Assembly (NCBI GenBank): GCA_010356995.1
Contig: ML996697.1
Location: 915,793-979,792 of the forward strand
Length of the DNA stretch: 64,000 nt
Direction of reading: 5' to 3'
Source: Trichodelitschia bisporula
Lineage: Eukaryota
Of the stretch, positions 1-12,977 are shown piece after piece; the first letter of the stretch is position 1; each line of letters starts with the position of its first letter. The notes below the pieces were generated by a model. The model was not told the DNA's origin. It was given only the letters and a program-made list of their open reading frames with translations, and did not search any database. A program made the translations under genes and the position numbers.

Positions 1-171
1 TCACTGATGTGGCGACATTTTTGTACGCCACTGTTACCATTCGCTATTGGAGTGCTTGATTTCAAAGCTGTGCCATTCCCATTTGTAATCCTTTGCCAAT
101 TTCACTTTCAAAAAGGTATAAAAGGGCTAGGACCGCAACGGAGGGGGGTGGGGACGAGGTTAAGAGAAACT

Positions 172-3100
172 TTAGCAAATGAATTCCATGATCAGCACCC
201 GGCCAGACGGACATCCCCAGCCTACCTTACCCTCGTGGACAGCAGCGCCAAATTTCGAACTGCGATACTCGGCTGGAAGCCAAAGAAGCTTTTCCGTGCC
301 TATGGCTACCCATTGCTCCTGGAAAATTATGGACCGTGGAAGATTCGATGCCGACGCCAGCTGGTTGCCGTCCGGCGAGAAGGCCACGGCCCTGAACGGA
401 CCCGAATGGCCCTTGAGCTCCTGCAGCGCCTTTCCCGACCCGGCGTCCCACAGCCTGNNNNNNNNNNNNNNNNNNNNNNNNNNNNNNNNNNNNNNNNNNN
501 NNNNNNNNNNNNNNNNNNNNNNNNNNNNNNNNNNNNNNNNNNNNNNNNNNNNNNNNNNNNNNNNNNNNNNNNNNNNNNNNNNNNNNNNNNNNNNNNNNNN
601 NNNNNNNNNNNNNNNNNNNNNNNNNNNNNNNNNNNNNNNNNNNNNNNNNNNNNNNNNNNNNNNNNNNNNNNNNNNNNNNNNNNNNNNNNNNNNNNNNNNN
701 NNNNNNNNNNNNNNNNNNNNNNNNNNNNNNNNNNNNNNNNNNNNNNNNNNNNNNNNNNNNNNNNNNNNNNNNNNNNNNNNNNNNNNNNNNNNNNNNNNNN
801 NNNNNNNNNNNNNNNNNNNNNNNNNNNNNNNNNNNNNNNNNNNNNNNNNNNNNNNNNNNNNNNNNNNNNNNNNNNNNNNNNNNNNNNNNNNNNNNNNNNN
901 NNNNNNNNNNNNNNNNNNNNNNNNNNNNNNNNNNNNNNNNNNNNNNNNNNNNNNNNNNNNNNNNNNNNNNNNNNNNNNNNNNNNNNNNNNNNNNNNNNNN
1001 NNNNNNNNNNNNNNNNNNNNNNNNNNNNNNNNNNNNNNNNNNNNNNNNNNNNNNNNNNNNNNNNNNNNNNNNNNNNNNNNNNNNNNNNNNNNNNNNNNNN
1101 NNNNNNNNNNNNNNNNNNNNNNNNNNNNNNNNNNNNNNNNNNNNNNNNNNNNNNNNNNNNNNNNNNNNNNNNNNNNNNNNNNNNNNNNNNNNNNNNNNNN
1201 NNNNNNNNNNNNNNNNNNNNNNNNNNNNNNNNNNNNNNNNNNNNNNNNNNNNNNNNNNNNNNNNNNNNNNNNNNNNNNNNNNNNNNNNNNNNNNNNNNNN
1301 NNNNGATGCCGACGCCAGCTGCTTGCCGTCCGGCGAGAAGGCCACGACCCTGACCGCACCCGAATGGCCCTCGAGCGTCTGCAGCGCCGCATCCCACGTA
1401 TCTTGCATGTTAGGTTGGAAGAGTATCCAGTCGGGTATCTGCATCTGGAATTGCTTTCGAATGATACTCATTTCCGGAGCAAAGATGAGTGCAGAAATGT
1501 ATGTTTGCAGCGGCGCGTGCTCGATAATCCACCGGTTCTTTAGGAGAAATCTCTTTGCGTCGAAAAGAAAACTCTGGAGTTCGGTATTTTTGCCGCTCTC
1601 GGCCTATTGCGTTAGCTAACTTTTGAGCAAAAAATTGCGGCTCTCATACCGAAAATAGCGACTGCAGTGTGTTAACTGCATTGACCGACTCCGTCATTCT
1701 CTCAATGAGGCCCATGGCTTCGAGCCAATGCAAAAAATGCTCCTTCAGGAAGACCTGCACTGCGTCTTGGTAGAGCAAAGGTTCTTTGCTGTTCTCAAGA
1801 TGGTGCACCCAGTACTGGCAGGCGTACTGGACTTCGGCTGGCAAGTACATTTTTATTGTTTTATCGCTGATTTCGGCCCGCAGTTTTCCAGGATCTTGGA
1901 TTCCGATGCTGCAGATGTCGTTTTTGAGGCCTTTAGACATGAGCTGGAGACATTTGATGGCAACCTTTCCATGCATTTCGTGCTCATCCACCCAAAATTC
2001 ACCCGCAGCCTTTTCGGTGTCCACAAGGAAGTCGCGAAAAGAAAGATGCAGGAGCCTTACCGGCTTCTTTTTGTCCTCCGGGATACTGAGGACGGAGTGT
2101 AGCGAATCTAATCTGATCTCGATGTCGTCTTCTGAAACTCCAAGGAGTTGAGCAATTGAAATAATGGAGAGTGGAGTAGCAAGAGTGATGATGATGCCAA
2201 CAATCTCACGAAACTCTGCCACAAGCTTAGCTTTGGCCTTGTTGCCGGGTTGATCGGCAATCTGCTGGTCCAAAATCGGGAGATATGTCCTTTCAAGGTT
2301 GGATCCCTCATGCTGGTGCTCCAGGATAGCGGCAAGAGTCTTCTTAGGATTCCATTTTAGATCGGCGATGAACCGACACACCGTAGCAGCGAAGATGAAC
2401 AATGGGATCGCCATCTCAACCAGCTTTTGGATCGTTTCATCTCCTGGCCAGTCTGACGGCAATCGGGCACGACTGAGGAAATTGTGTTTCCTTCGTATCC
2501 TGGCAAACTCGTGATGCAGGTACAAGGCAAGATCGCGCCTGATTGTGTCTTGCTGGATTACGTGGAGGACGACATCAAGATGTGTTTCTTTTGACATCTC
2601 GATGAACCCAAGACGAATCGGAAGCTCCGGACGGCTGGTTATGAATATCCGGAGCTGGACTGAAGACACATCCTTCCCCTGCTCTAGGATCTGAATGAGG
2701 CTCCTCACGTCCTGCTCCTGCTCACACTCGTCCAACGCGTCAACCACAACGATCAGAGGCGAGAAGTTTAACGGAGCATCTTTCAACGGCTGAATAATGA
2801 GTTTTTGAAACTGTTCGTGTGAAGACTTGTCGACGATAGTGGGGTCATTATCAATGGTCCGCGCAATGAATGGTGACAATTGGGGCCGCCTGATCGCAAG
2901 TTGAGAGGCGATAGTGGTGAAAAACTTGGCCACATTGCCGCGGTCGTCTTCACCTCGCTTGAAGAAGAAACTTGCCCCAAGCTGCCCCTTTCCCTCGAAA
3001 CTCCGAGCAACCGTGCGAGAAATGGTGGACTTTCCAGTACCGGCAACGCCATTCAGCCAGAATATGAACTTGCCGTGAGGATCCTCGGCCCAGTCAGAAA

Positions 3101-4448
3101 TGTCTCGTAGCAGCTCGGTCCTGGTATCTTGCAGACATTCCACTGAATGCTCATCTTGGTGTGAGTCGAATGCCGCGCCCGTAGCCATGGGCAATGTCGG
3201 GATCACCCTGAGCGTGAATGGGTCCATCTCAACTTTGGCCATCTCGACTTTGGCCGGCGGAAGCAACAACAAAAGCTCTTTAGCGTACGCTGCCGCCGTC
3301 CCCGCCGCGTACGGCTGCCAGCTCTTGCTCTTGTGAGAGTCCGAGTAGTCGCAGATTCCCCGCACAGGCAGGCATTGAAAACTGTTCATCACCCCGGCGG
3401 CTTCCATTTCGAAGCACAGGACGCCTCCGAGTTTCGCGCTGACTTTGTCTCGTTCCTTGGCATCGCGCATGACTTGATTCCCCGAGGCGATCGTACCGTA
3501 GTGAATCATGACATGTTCACCACGCGTCTGGCGCCGCACGCTATGTTCTTGCTTACAATTGTTGCAGTTTTCCTCTCCCTCCTCATGGTTGTACTCAGGG
3601 TCGTATAGGACATCGGGCCCGGCCTTGTCGCGAGCAAAAAGAGATTGGTTGCTGAGCTTGGCAAGATGTTCTACGAAACCAAATCTTCCAGTCAGATGGC
3701 TGGCCTTCAGCCTCGCCACCGCGTTCAGCAAGGCCATTGAGGGAGCGTTCAGAAATCCAGTCCGTTCAACCCCATCCGGCCTTGTCTTGCCCGAGTCGTA
3801 CTGAATCACTCCGCCACAATCCTTGGACGGCTGGCAAACAACAACGTCCCCAAGCCGGATGTCGGCTTTTGCGCTCGGCACACCGCCTCCGATGCCGACC
3901 ATGACGCCGAGTTGAACCGAAGTGAAGGTTGACTTCATTTGAGCAGCCGCCGAGGCCGCCGAGTTTGTGCCCGTCAGTCCCAGGACCATGAGGACGGTAT
4001 TGTGTTTGCCAACGCGGCCGAGCGTGTAGCTATTGGGATCGGACGCGTGCTGGGGGAGAGGTTGGTGCTCTTCATCGAGCATCTCCTTGGCTGCCGCAAG
4101 TTCAACCGGGAGAGCGCAAATCCACCCTATTGTGTAGTCTACGTGACGAAGTCGGCGGGCTGGCCCTCTGTTGGTGGCTCTCTGAAGGGCAAGTGGTGAA
4201 GATGAGGTCCGGAGAGTCGACGGATGCGGCTGCAAAGGAGCCGTCGGCGCAATCGGTGTTGCCGCTTGGGTATAAGAAGCTACCGATATGTTTAGGGATG
4301 GCGATGGTAGCGCCAAAAGAACGGTCTGGCTGACACTGCTCGCGGGGACAGGTGTGGTGGTCTCGCCAGCAACAGATGAGGAGGGACGCGAAAGGCTGGA
4401 AGAGGCACGAAATTGGCCCCGTGTCCGGATCCGCTTTGCAGGTGGCAT
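172..4448 (-). CDS. Fungal NLR (HNWD/STAND-like): PNP_UDP_1 nucleoside phosphorylase effector - NACHT - WD40 repeats; one intron (1604-1649); WD array mostly hidden in the N gap
   Basis: PNP motifs DYTIGWICALPVEL, GVMVGIGGGVP, DIRLGDVVV, HYGTIASGNQV, LCFEMEAAG and RGICDYSDSHK. NACHT Walker A GVAGTGKST and Walker B LIVVVDALDEC; HFLHWLEAMGL. Intron GTATGA..GCTAAC..TAG (1649-1604) joins in frame to AESGKNTELQSFLFDAKRF..APLQTYISALIFAP, followed by WD units LQTLEGHSGAVRVVAFSPDGKQLASA. Start is taken at MPPAKR (4448); the ORF is open to 4625. Confidence 0.93.
347..1388 (-). repeat. Highly conserved WD40 tandem repeat array (nominal 126-nt unit); first and last copies visible, middle in gap
   Basis: 347-430 and 1305-1388 align without indels with 7 mismatches in 84 nt and flank an 847-N gap. 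Confidence 0.88.
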
Positions 4449-7173
4449 CTTGAAAACAATGGTGCTAGTCAAGAAATTGCGGACTTGTGAAAATGCAGGA
4501 GTGGAACTCGAGGTTGAAGGCGAGGCTTTGGGGCTTCCAGCTGAGCTCAACTGCGGAGCAGAATGCCAAGAATGGGGCTGTGAGCTGTCGACGACGAGAT
4601 TGGAGGAGACACTGCGACATGCCACGGAGCATCAAGTTCTCATGCCAACTGATCAGTTCGTAGACGAAGACTTCGCTGGAGGACATATCCGGTCGTTCAT
4701 CCATGTACGCCGCCCACGCTGCTTGCGCCGTCTATGCCCGCATCGTAGGTGCTGTTTGCATGTCACTAATATGCAGATTGTGGATGTGTGAATATTGCTA
4801 TGTGTATTGTGTGTGTATCTAGCTAAGAGAGAGAGTGCAAGAGCCCGCTCAGCAGGTGGAGAGTTGACTGCCAAGCCATGAGGCCGGCCTAGTCCATTAC
4901 GTCTGATCTCATCTTGCTATCTGACCTTGGGTCAACAGGTGCTCTACGGGATATCGAGACTGACCAGGGCTCGAGCATAAACAGGCTCGGGAGGTACGGG
5001 AGTGGCGGTCATGGTTTGGGCGGGAGTTTAGCAGCACAGTGAGGGGCGGACAAGGCATGCAGACTGTTCCGATAGAGAAGATACGTAGTTGATTCTGCAG
5101 AAGAGGTGGCCGGATAATGTGTGAAATGGGTGTGGGGAGGAGCCCTGGTGCTGGATTGACGGCTCGATTGGAGTTGAGCAGACGACATCATATCAGTCAT
5201 GTTGTTTCGAGTGTCATCATCGCGGGACTCGAGAAACATGCAGTACCGCAGCACAATTGAGCCCGCGGGAGCGTGCGACCATTCCAACTGCGAAGGAAAG
5301 ATCTCATCCCCATCGAGCAGAAAAAATTGCCCATCCCCAACTCCACGACTTGTCGTCAACAGACCATCAATGGCAAAAGGTTGAAGTGATAGACAGCGCC
5401 TAGCTTCCCCTCGAACTAGCCTAGCGGCTCCTCCCGTCCATCAAGCGGCCCCGCGTAGCCCGTAGTCTATCCCTCGCATTCCCGGCCTCACAAATATTTT
5501 ACTCTATCACAGTTCGGCACATACGGCCACAGGTCGCTGAATACACCAGTCCCCGTCTGCTCACTGAAGTTAAACAGCGAACCGGTTGATTAGTAGTTGC
5601 GTGGGTGACCAGCAGCGAATCCCAACTGCTGTATGTTTTTGATGTTTTTGCCCTGGCAGGGTGCGATGGTCGTCATGCGGATTCTCCGCAGCTATCGTTT
5701 TGCTGACGCGCCTTGGGCCGACAGCTCCCAGAGAGACAGATACTGCAAACTGAGTGTCCGCAGTGCGGACAGGAAGGCAGTATGCATAGTACCGGCCACC
5801 GGTTTCTGGGTGGGGATAACGTACAGCACAGAAGAGTGGGCGAAGCGAATGGATAGTGGCACGTTCTACCCGACCTGGAGTTGCAGGCCATGTGCTGGTT
5901 ACCCGGCGGAGAGTCCTGAGGATTTTGGCGGTGTCCCGTGGACTGGAATGGAGGACATTTGTACATTTGCTTACCTGGCAGAGAGCCTCCGAAGAGATGT
6001 TGTCCATTGTGTGCCGGGTAGGTGTAGGACGAAGACAAGTGCAGTATACTCCGCTTACCCGGCATGGACATGGTGCAGCTTACCCGGCACGGAGGCTTGA
6101 AAAGATCAGTCTCAGGTTCAAATTTGAACAAAACATACGGCACCAGACCAGTGTCACGCTTCCAGAGTATGCGATCCAGAAGCGTGAAGGCGGTCTGCTG
6201 GACTGGCGAGAGTTGGCGGTGTGTTGTGCGTCGTGTAGACATGGGGGGGTGGAGCTTACCCGGCTCTCGGCCATCGTCGAAGAAAAATAGATCAACCATC
6301 CCATGATCTATCATTCACCACCCAAACCACCCATAGCGTGGAGCAAAACCACAAGTCTCCTCTCTCTTTCCCCAATGCCTTTCAGACTGGCATCCTCCGG
6401 TAAACCCGCCTTCACATATATCCTCCCGCCCCAAACCCCCCACTCACTTCGGGCAAAAGGAAAGAAAGACCACCCCACGCACTATGGAACAAAATGCAAA
6501 AATGATTCTGCCCGGGCTCGAACCGGGGACCACTTGTGTCCAAACATTGGAAGAATGTTAGACAAGTGTGATAACCAGCTACACCACAGAACCACTTGAT
6601 GATTTTCTATTAAAGTGTACTTTAAATAAGGGAGGCCAAAGAAAGCGGATGATCTCGAGGGCGCGAGCGGGGAGCGATGAATGGGTGGTGGCGGGTTTAA
6701 ATAATGACTGATTTGGAGAAAAGGTGGGCCTCCGTGCGTTGATGATCTCGGCGAAGTGATAAACTCGGAGACCCGGTGATGAAGACGGGGACATAATCAA
6801 GACGGGGAAACTGATGAAGTCGGTGAAACTGATGAACAAGGTGCCCGCGCCGAGCCCCAAACGTGGCCTTGCGGTCGATGATTGGCCCGACGCAACGTAC
6901 TACCACAAGGCCGAGAAACAACGACCACACCTCAAACAAGCAAGCGCACATGCCCGTCCCAGGCAAGGAAAATAAAGCATAAGTCATAGATGCGGAGTAG
7001 TATGCAACACGTAAAGCGGCCCAAAGTCATCGACGTCGTCACTCATTCGTTTTGCCTCCGCGCCGCCGTGATCATCCAACGCGAAAGCATGCGTGCCCAA
7101 CGCCGCTAAGCCGACCCATCCAATACCGCCCCTAAACGCCGATTTGCCATCCGCCTCGCACCAATGCCGGACC

Positions 7174-8638
7174 TCAGTCTCGCATCAGACACCCCTTCGC
7201 CTTGACATGCTCGATCCGCTCGCGCCACGTCTCGAACACAAGCGGGCACTCGCCGCGCCCACACCTGAGGAACCGCACCTCAACCGCATTAACCCTCCCC
7301 CAGTGCCCCAGTCTGCCCATCCGCTCTGTGTCCTGGTTAGGAGAGTGCTTCTGCCGGATATGTTGAGTGAGCTGATCCTTGCGCGCGAACACGCGGTGCT
7401 CCTCCGGCTTCGCCCGACACTCCTGGTACCTGTGCTCGGCCAGGTGCTTCTCGTCCACATCCGTCGCGTCGCAGAAGGGGCATAGCCCACCTATGACATC
7501 TGGCACATCCTCGGCGCAGCACACCCACTGTACAGGGCGCGCGTGGATCGCCTCCTCGTGCCGTTGCCACTTATCTGGCCTGTTGAAGCTCTCGTGGCAA
7601 AAGGTGCACTGGTGCACGCAGTCGCCCTGCCCGTGTCCCGACTTCTTCACATATGGGTGAAAACGTTTCTTGCCCTGCCGCCGTACCTCCTTGCCCCCAA
7701 AGCGCGGGCTTGGCGACGACGGCTGCGACACGGGACTGATAGGCAGCGGGGGCGCACGATCGCGCAAAAGCGGAGGAATGGCAAGCTTGGGCAGCGAAAT
7801 GGGACCCGGGCGGATGGGAATGAGGAACTGTGGGGGATGAGCGTCGTCTAGCGAGCCGTCAGCCTTGTCTTGGCAAAGTGACAGCGAGGGATAACCCACC
7901 AGTCTTGCAGCGCGCGCGCGTGTTGTTGAAGAAAGTCTTGACCACAGCAAGATCGAGCTCCAGCTTATCGGCCAACTGCCTCAGGGCCTCCTGCGTCGGG
8001 TACTTGTCCTTCTCAAAGGTCTCTTTGAGCTTGGTTTTGGCGGACTTGGGGATCGGGGTCTTGGGCGCGTAGCGGCGGCGGTTGCGCACGGGCTCGTTGG
8101 CGGCGGGCGTGTCCTCCGGTGGCGTCGAGGGCGTCGATGGCATCGGAACGTCGCCCAGATCCGACGATGCTAGGCCATAAGGAGAGTGATCCGAAATGTG
8201 GGGTGACAGGTCTTGTGCATTTCCGATCGGGGACGAGGAAGGTGAGCCTAGCAGCGAACCATCCCACGCCGGCGAGTCGGACGCCGGCGAGTCGAGCTGC
8301 CCGAAGGAGCCAAGGGACGGGCACGAGTCGCTGACACCAGAAGGGGAGTGCGGTTGATCAAAGGGTGAAGAATAACTGGACACCGAGGTGCTGTCATCTG
8401 GGACAAGGAAGATTGACAGGTCGTCGAGCGGGGGACTCCACTCCTCCTGCCATATAATGCCGTCGTCCCAATCCGAGAGAGCGTCAGCGGCCGCCGGGGG
8501 CCACTGCAAATTACAGGCGGGATCCGACTTCCCGCTTGCATCTATGATCCCATTTGCGGTATCACAGGGCGCTTGGGGATTCACGGTGGCTGTTGCTTCG
8601 CAACTTTCAGAAACACCACTAGGGGAAAAAGCATGCAA
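7174..8638 (-). CDS. Homeodomain plus C2H2 zinc-finger transcription factor; intron 7848-7899; 5' end uncertain
   Basis: Homeodomain PKTPIPKSAKTKLKETFEKDKYPTQEALRQLADKLELDLAVVKTFFNNTRAR. Intron GTGGGT..GCTGAC..TAG joins in frame to the exon with HQCTFCHESFNRPDKWQRHEEAIH, CPFCD..HLAEH, FARKDQLTQHIRQKH and CGRGEC..FETWRERIEHV. A short in-frame GTAAGT..TAG intron (8619-8656, 38 nt) could extend the gene to about 8935. Confidence 0.85.
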
Positions 8639-10602
8639 TGCAGGATTTAGACTTACTGCGTGCCATAATTCTTACGAAGCTGGGTAAAACACTTTGTTTC
8701 TTTAGCGGGACGCCAAACACGCGGGTAATCACAGCAATGAATCTTGTAGGTCGCCGTGGACTTCGAGGGCTGATTTTCCCCACGCCTCCATATGCCCAGC
8801 CAAAATGATGATCTCGGGGAAGCACCTTCGCTGATTGTCACGTTGGCCAAGGACAGGGCTGACGGGACTGGTTCAAGGGCACCATGGCTGCTGGGGGAGC
8901 CTTGCGCGGAGCGGTGCGCTGATTGGCGCATCATGACGGTTAGGAAAAAGCAACAACGGGCGTTCACGAGAGCTGGCAGCGGGGAAGATTGGGGATGTAA
9001 ATACATTATACTTCTATCAGACGTCAGTGGAATCGATGTCAGAGATGGAGAGAGGGGTACCTGAAGACGGTGAAGCTTTGATACCTAAACAATTGGGGTT
9101 AGTAACGACCTGCACGAGAGGGGCTTTGTTCAACGCATCGCGCTGCATTGTGCTCCCGAAGATGATCGAGGCAGAAGTGCCAGATCAAAACGCCACAGTG
9201 GTAGCCGAGGGACACAGAGGAACACAGGCCCGTATTTACCGTTAGATGGCACATTCAGCAGTCCAGGTTGGGGCGGAAGGTATGGGAGCCGTCGCCGCAA
9301 GGGAAGGCGGGCCTTGGGGTGCCATAAGTTGGCGACCCAAAAAACTCCAGACTGAACCCATTGCCAGATGAAGGCAAACGATTTCAACTGGTCTGTCAGT
9401 CAGCCAATCCAGCAGGTATTCCGGTAATGCTGTCGAGTTTGATGTCTCCAGAGTCTCTGGTATACGACGAAGCGAACGGTAAAATGAAAAGATGGTGTCC
9501 ACGAAAGAAATGATGCCCGGTCCCCGATCTGGACGGCAAGAAGAGCGGGTCACCAATGGAGCAGCTGTCGGGTCATCAAAACCAAAGGCATGCGAAGCGG
9601 GTTAAGTCCAGGGAAACAGAGGGCGGGGGGCACGCTCTTTATGTGCTCGAACTCGCGCCACGCTGCACTTGCCATGCTGTCCTCTGCAATGACGGTGAGT
9701 TGTCCGCAAGAACAGCGAACCAGAGCGGTGCAAGGTGCATTGGCATATGCAGAGTTTTCCCGAAGGCCAGAATTGGAGGTGAGGTATGCAAGGCGAAGGT
9801 GTTGCGGTGTTGGCAGATGCGGGTGCAAGATCTGGGAGGGTGGGGAGTTTATGAGCCTCGAGGGTGGAGGGTTAGCACATGGATGGTAGGATGTTTCGCT
9901 ATGCACTTGGATGCATGAGATGTAGGTACGGAGGAGCAAGCAGCACGCATGAGAGTGGCTGGGATAGGGTGGGAGAAAGTGTTTGATGGGATTGGAGATG
10001 AAGGCGCGGGGGATGCAAAAACTTCTGCCTCAGGACAACATGGGCCGACTATAGTACCGTCAGTGGCGGTGCAGCAAAGAATTGCGCCAAAAGTGGCTGA
10101 GCAGTGTGGCGAGTGCTGCAGGCAAACAAGCATGACGCTAGACAAGTGCTAACGCACTTCGGGAAGAAAGGCAACCAATGGAAAGCTGCGTTGCCCTGGT
10201 TATCCAGATGGACATGGCCTGTGCACGACCACAACTATTCCGCTCTCGTCTCTCGGTGAACCAGGCAAGCTGAGCTCAACCCCTCCCGTCAACTGGTGAG
10301 TAGAGCCACGGACACCGCAACTCTTCCCGTTCCCCCAGTTACACTCTCTGCAAAAGCATCCAGATCTTTATCGCATTCCCCGCTCCATATCTTCAGGTGA
10401 CTTTGGGATACCTTTGACCTTCGGATTCTCGGCAAAACGTCACAGTTCACGCTCAGCTCCCGACAGCTTCACCACTCTCAAGGCTATCGCGCTACAACAA
10501 TAACCGCATTGCACACACTCAACGCCGCCCGAGAGATGGCGCGCTGCCATTCCTAAGCACCTTTTAAACTTCTCTTTAGCAAGTGAACGGCACATAGCAA
10601 TC

Positions 10603-12977
10603 ATGTCGGCCGCCCTCCCTCCTCCGGGGAGCAGCTCCTACTCCTCCAACACGATGAACGTCGGCGATGGCACCTGGGATTCGCAGCGGCAGACTTTCCT
10701 GCTGCCGAATCTCATGGGCTTGAACTTCAAAACGATGCAGTACAATGGTATGTTGATGTCTGTATCCGCTCGACAGCAGCTCTAACTTCCTAGGAATGGG
10801 CAATCGCTTCAAGGACCTGCCGTACTACCACGGCATCGTTGCGGCACATGGCTCGCTCGCTGCCATTACCTTCCTCGGCATCATTCCTGCCGCCATCTTC
10901 TTCGCACGCTTCTACCACCGGGACAGCCGCTTGGCGCTGCGTCTGCATATCATGCTGCAGATTCTGACCGTGCTCTTCGCAACAGTCATACTGGTACTCG
11001 GCTGGTTCGCCGTGGGGCCGAAGCGCAGCTTGACCAATCCGCACCACGGAATTGGCCTCGCACTCTACGTGCTGGTGCTCTTCCAGTTCCTCTTCGGGGC
11101 GTGGATTCACCACCGCGAGAAGAACAAGGTTCGGTACCGTCTTCCAGCAAAGCTTATGGTGAGCTACACCCTATTGGTAATCTCTTATATCATCCTAACT
11201 AGTAATGCAGTTACACCAGTGGCTCGGCAGAGCAATTGCTCTTCTGGGCATTGCGCAAGTTCCGCTTGGCCTCACCCTCTATGGCGCCTCCAAAGTCTTC
11301 TTCATCCTGTATTCGCTCTGGATGTTCTTCCTCTTTATAGCCTATTTCGTACTCAGCTTCCAGCATCAGACAGTGCTCTCGGTCGACGAGCATGGGAGCT
11401 ACGTTTCGGGCTCGCACCGCACGGAAATTACAGAGGAAAGTCGACACCATGGACGCCTTGGATTACTGGGAGCGGCAGGTGCAGGAGCGGCGTTGGCTGC
11501 TCTGGGGCGCAGACGGAGCAAGCGGGAGTCGAGCCGCGAGCGTACCGACCACAGCTCACGACGAAGCCACTCTGGGTCTTATGACGAAAAGTCCACCGAG
11601 TCCCACCGCGACCACGGCATGCGCAACCGCCTTGCGACCGGTGCGGCGGGCGTCGGCCTGTTCGCACTCGCACGAAACCTGTTTAGCAGGCGCAAGGATG
11701 AGTCGGAGAGTAGCGATGTGTCCGCTAGCTACCACCGTCCCCTCGGCGGCAACCACCCGATCAGCCAGTCCGACCTCAGCCGCGTGGAACAGGGCCTGCC
11801 GCCATCGACGCCAACTGGCCGCCGCTACAATGACGACGGTACCACCATACCTCCAGCGATTGCTAGCACCGGCCGACGCCGTCGCAGCGGCGGTTCAGTT
11901 TACTCGGATGACAGCCGCGACAGCCGATCGCAGTTCTACAGTCCCGGCAAAGACAAGCGGCGCAACCACGGGACGCGAAACACGCTTGCGGCACTCGGCG
12001 CGATGGGCTATCTCAGGCATAAGATGAATCAGCGCAAGGAAGACAAGGAGAACCGCCGCGTGGCCGAAATGCGGGAGCGCGAGCGGCATAATGAGCGCAT
12101 AAACCGTGCCAACTCGAAACGCTACACAGGAGACGGCACACCCAGCCGATCCCACCGACGCCAGTCCTCTGTCCACGAGTCCGACTACAGTGAGAGCGAC
12201 CTCACGCCTATCGGTGGTAGCCATCCCGAGCTCTCGCGCAACACCTTGCCCCGTCCTTCGGCTGGTGCCACCCTTGGCACCAACCAACCCGGGACGGGCA
12301 TGCCACCTCCACCCCCCATGCACTCAACCATCTACGAGAGCTCGAACGATCCGTACGTGCATCCGCGGCACCGACACGAGGGTGCCGCCACAGCCGGTGC
12401 GCTTGCTACAGGAGCTGCCCTCGAAGCTGCCTCGGCACGGCGCGACACCAGCAGGCGCCGCTCAAGTAACGGCACGCCGCAGTCGCAAACACCCGTGTCG
12501 GTGCAAGTGAACATGCAAAAGGACGGTGGACGTGTAACGCTGCGGCGCCTGACGCCAGAAGAAGCCGCTGCGAAGCGCGATGCGCGGCGTCGTGAGCGAG
12601 GCAGCCGCACGCGCACGGGCAGCGTGAGCTCGGCCGGTGCGTCGGGCGATGACCGGTGGCGGCGTGTCGAGGAGCGTGAGGCACGCGAGGCGGCGCAAGC
12701 GGCGCAGCAGCACAACCTCCCGCCCCCTGCCGCCGGGCCGTCGGCACTTCCCGGCCCGCCGCCCGGTCCGCCGCCGCCGCTCGCCATGTCGGATCTCCCA
12801 CCCCCGCCACCGATTCCGGCGACGCAGAGCTACGGACCTGGCAGTCCTGGCGGTGGGTATGAGACCACGACTAGCGTGGCGGATAGTCGTGCAAATAGTA
12901 ATCGCCGGCGGCGCCGAGCAGAGCGGGCACGTATCGATCAAACGGTCGGCCGGGGCAGTCGCGTCGACTTTACGTAG
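10603..12977 (+). CDS. Cytochrome b561-domain membrane protein with long Arg/Ser/Pro-rich disordered C-terminus; introns 10748-10793 and 11159-11210
   Basis: Spliced frame MSAAL..NFKTMQYNGMGNRF; hydrophobic helices carry four candidate heme His residues (HGSLA, HIMLQ, HHGIG, HQWLG). Both introns have canonical donors, branch points and acceptors and keep the frame. Confidence 0.85.

Noticed and set aside
7..1543. Several long ORFs spanning the N gap on both strands
   Set aside because: Artefacts of translating Ns; only the minus-strand WD40 frames flanking the gap are meaningful.
4150..6990. Amyloid signalling motif or adjacent HeLo/HET/gasdermin partner for the NLR
   Set aside because: The N-terminal extension is Ser/Pro/Ala-rich with no HET-s-, PP- or sigma-like pattern, and the upstream short ORFs (5009-6987) show no recognisable effector domain.
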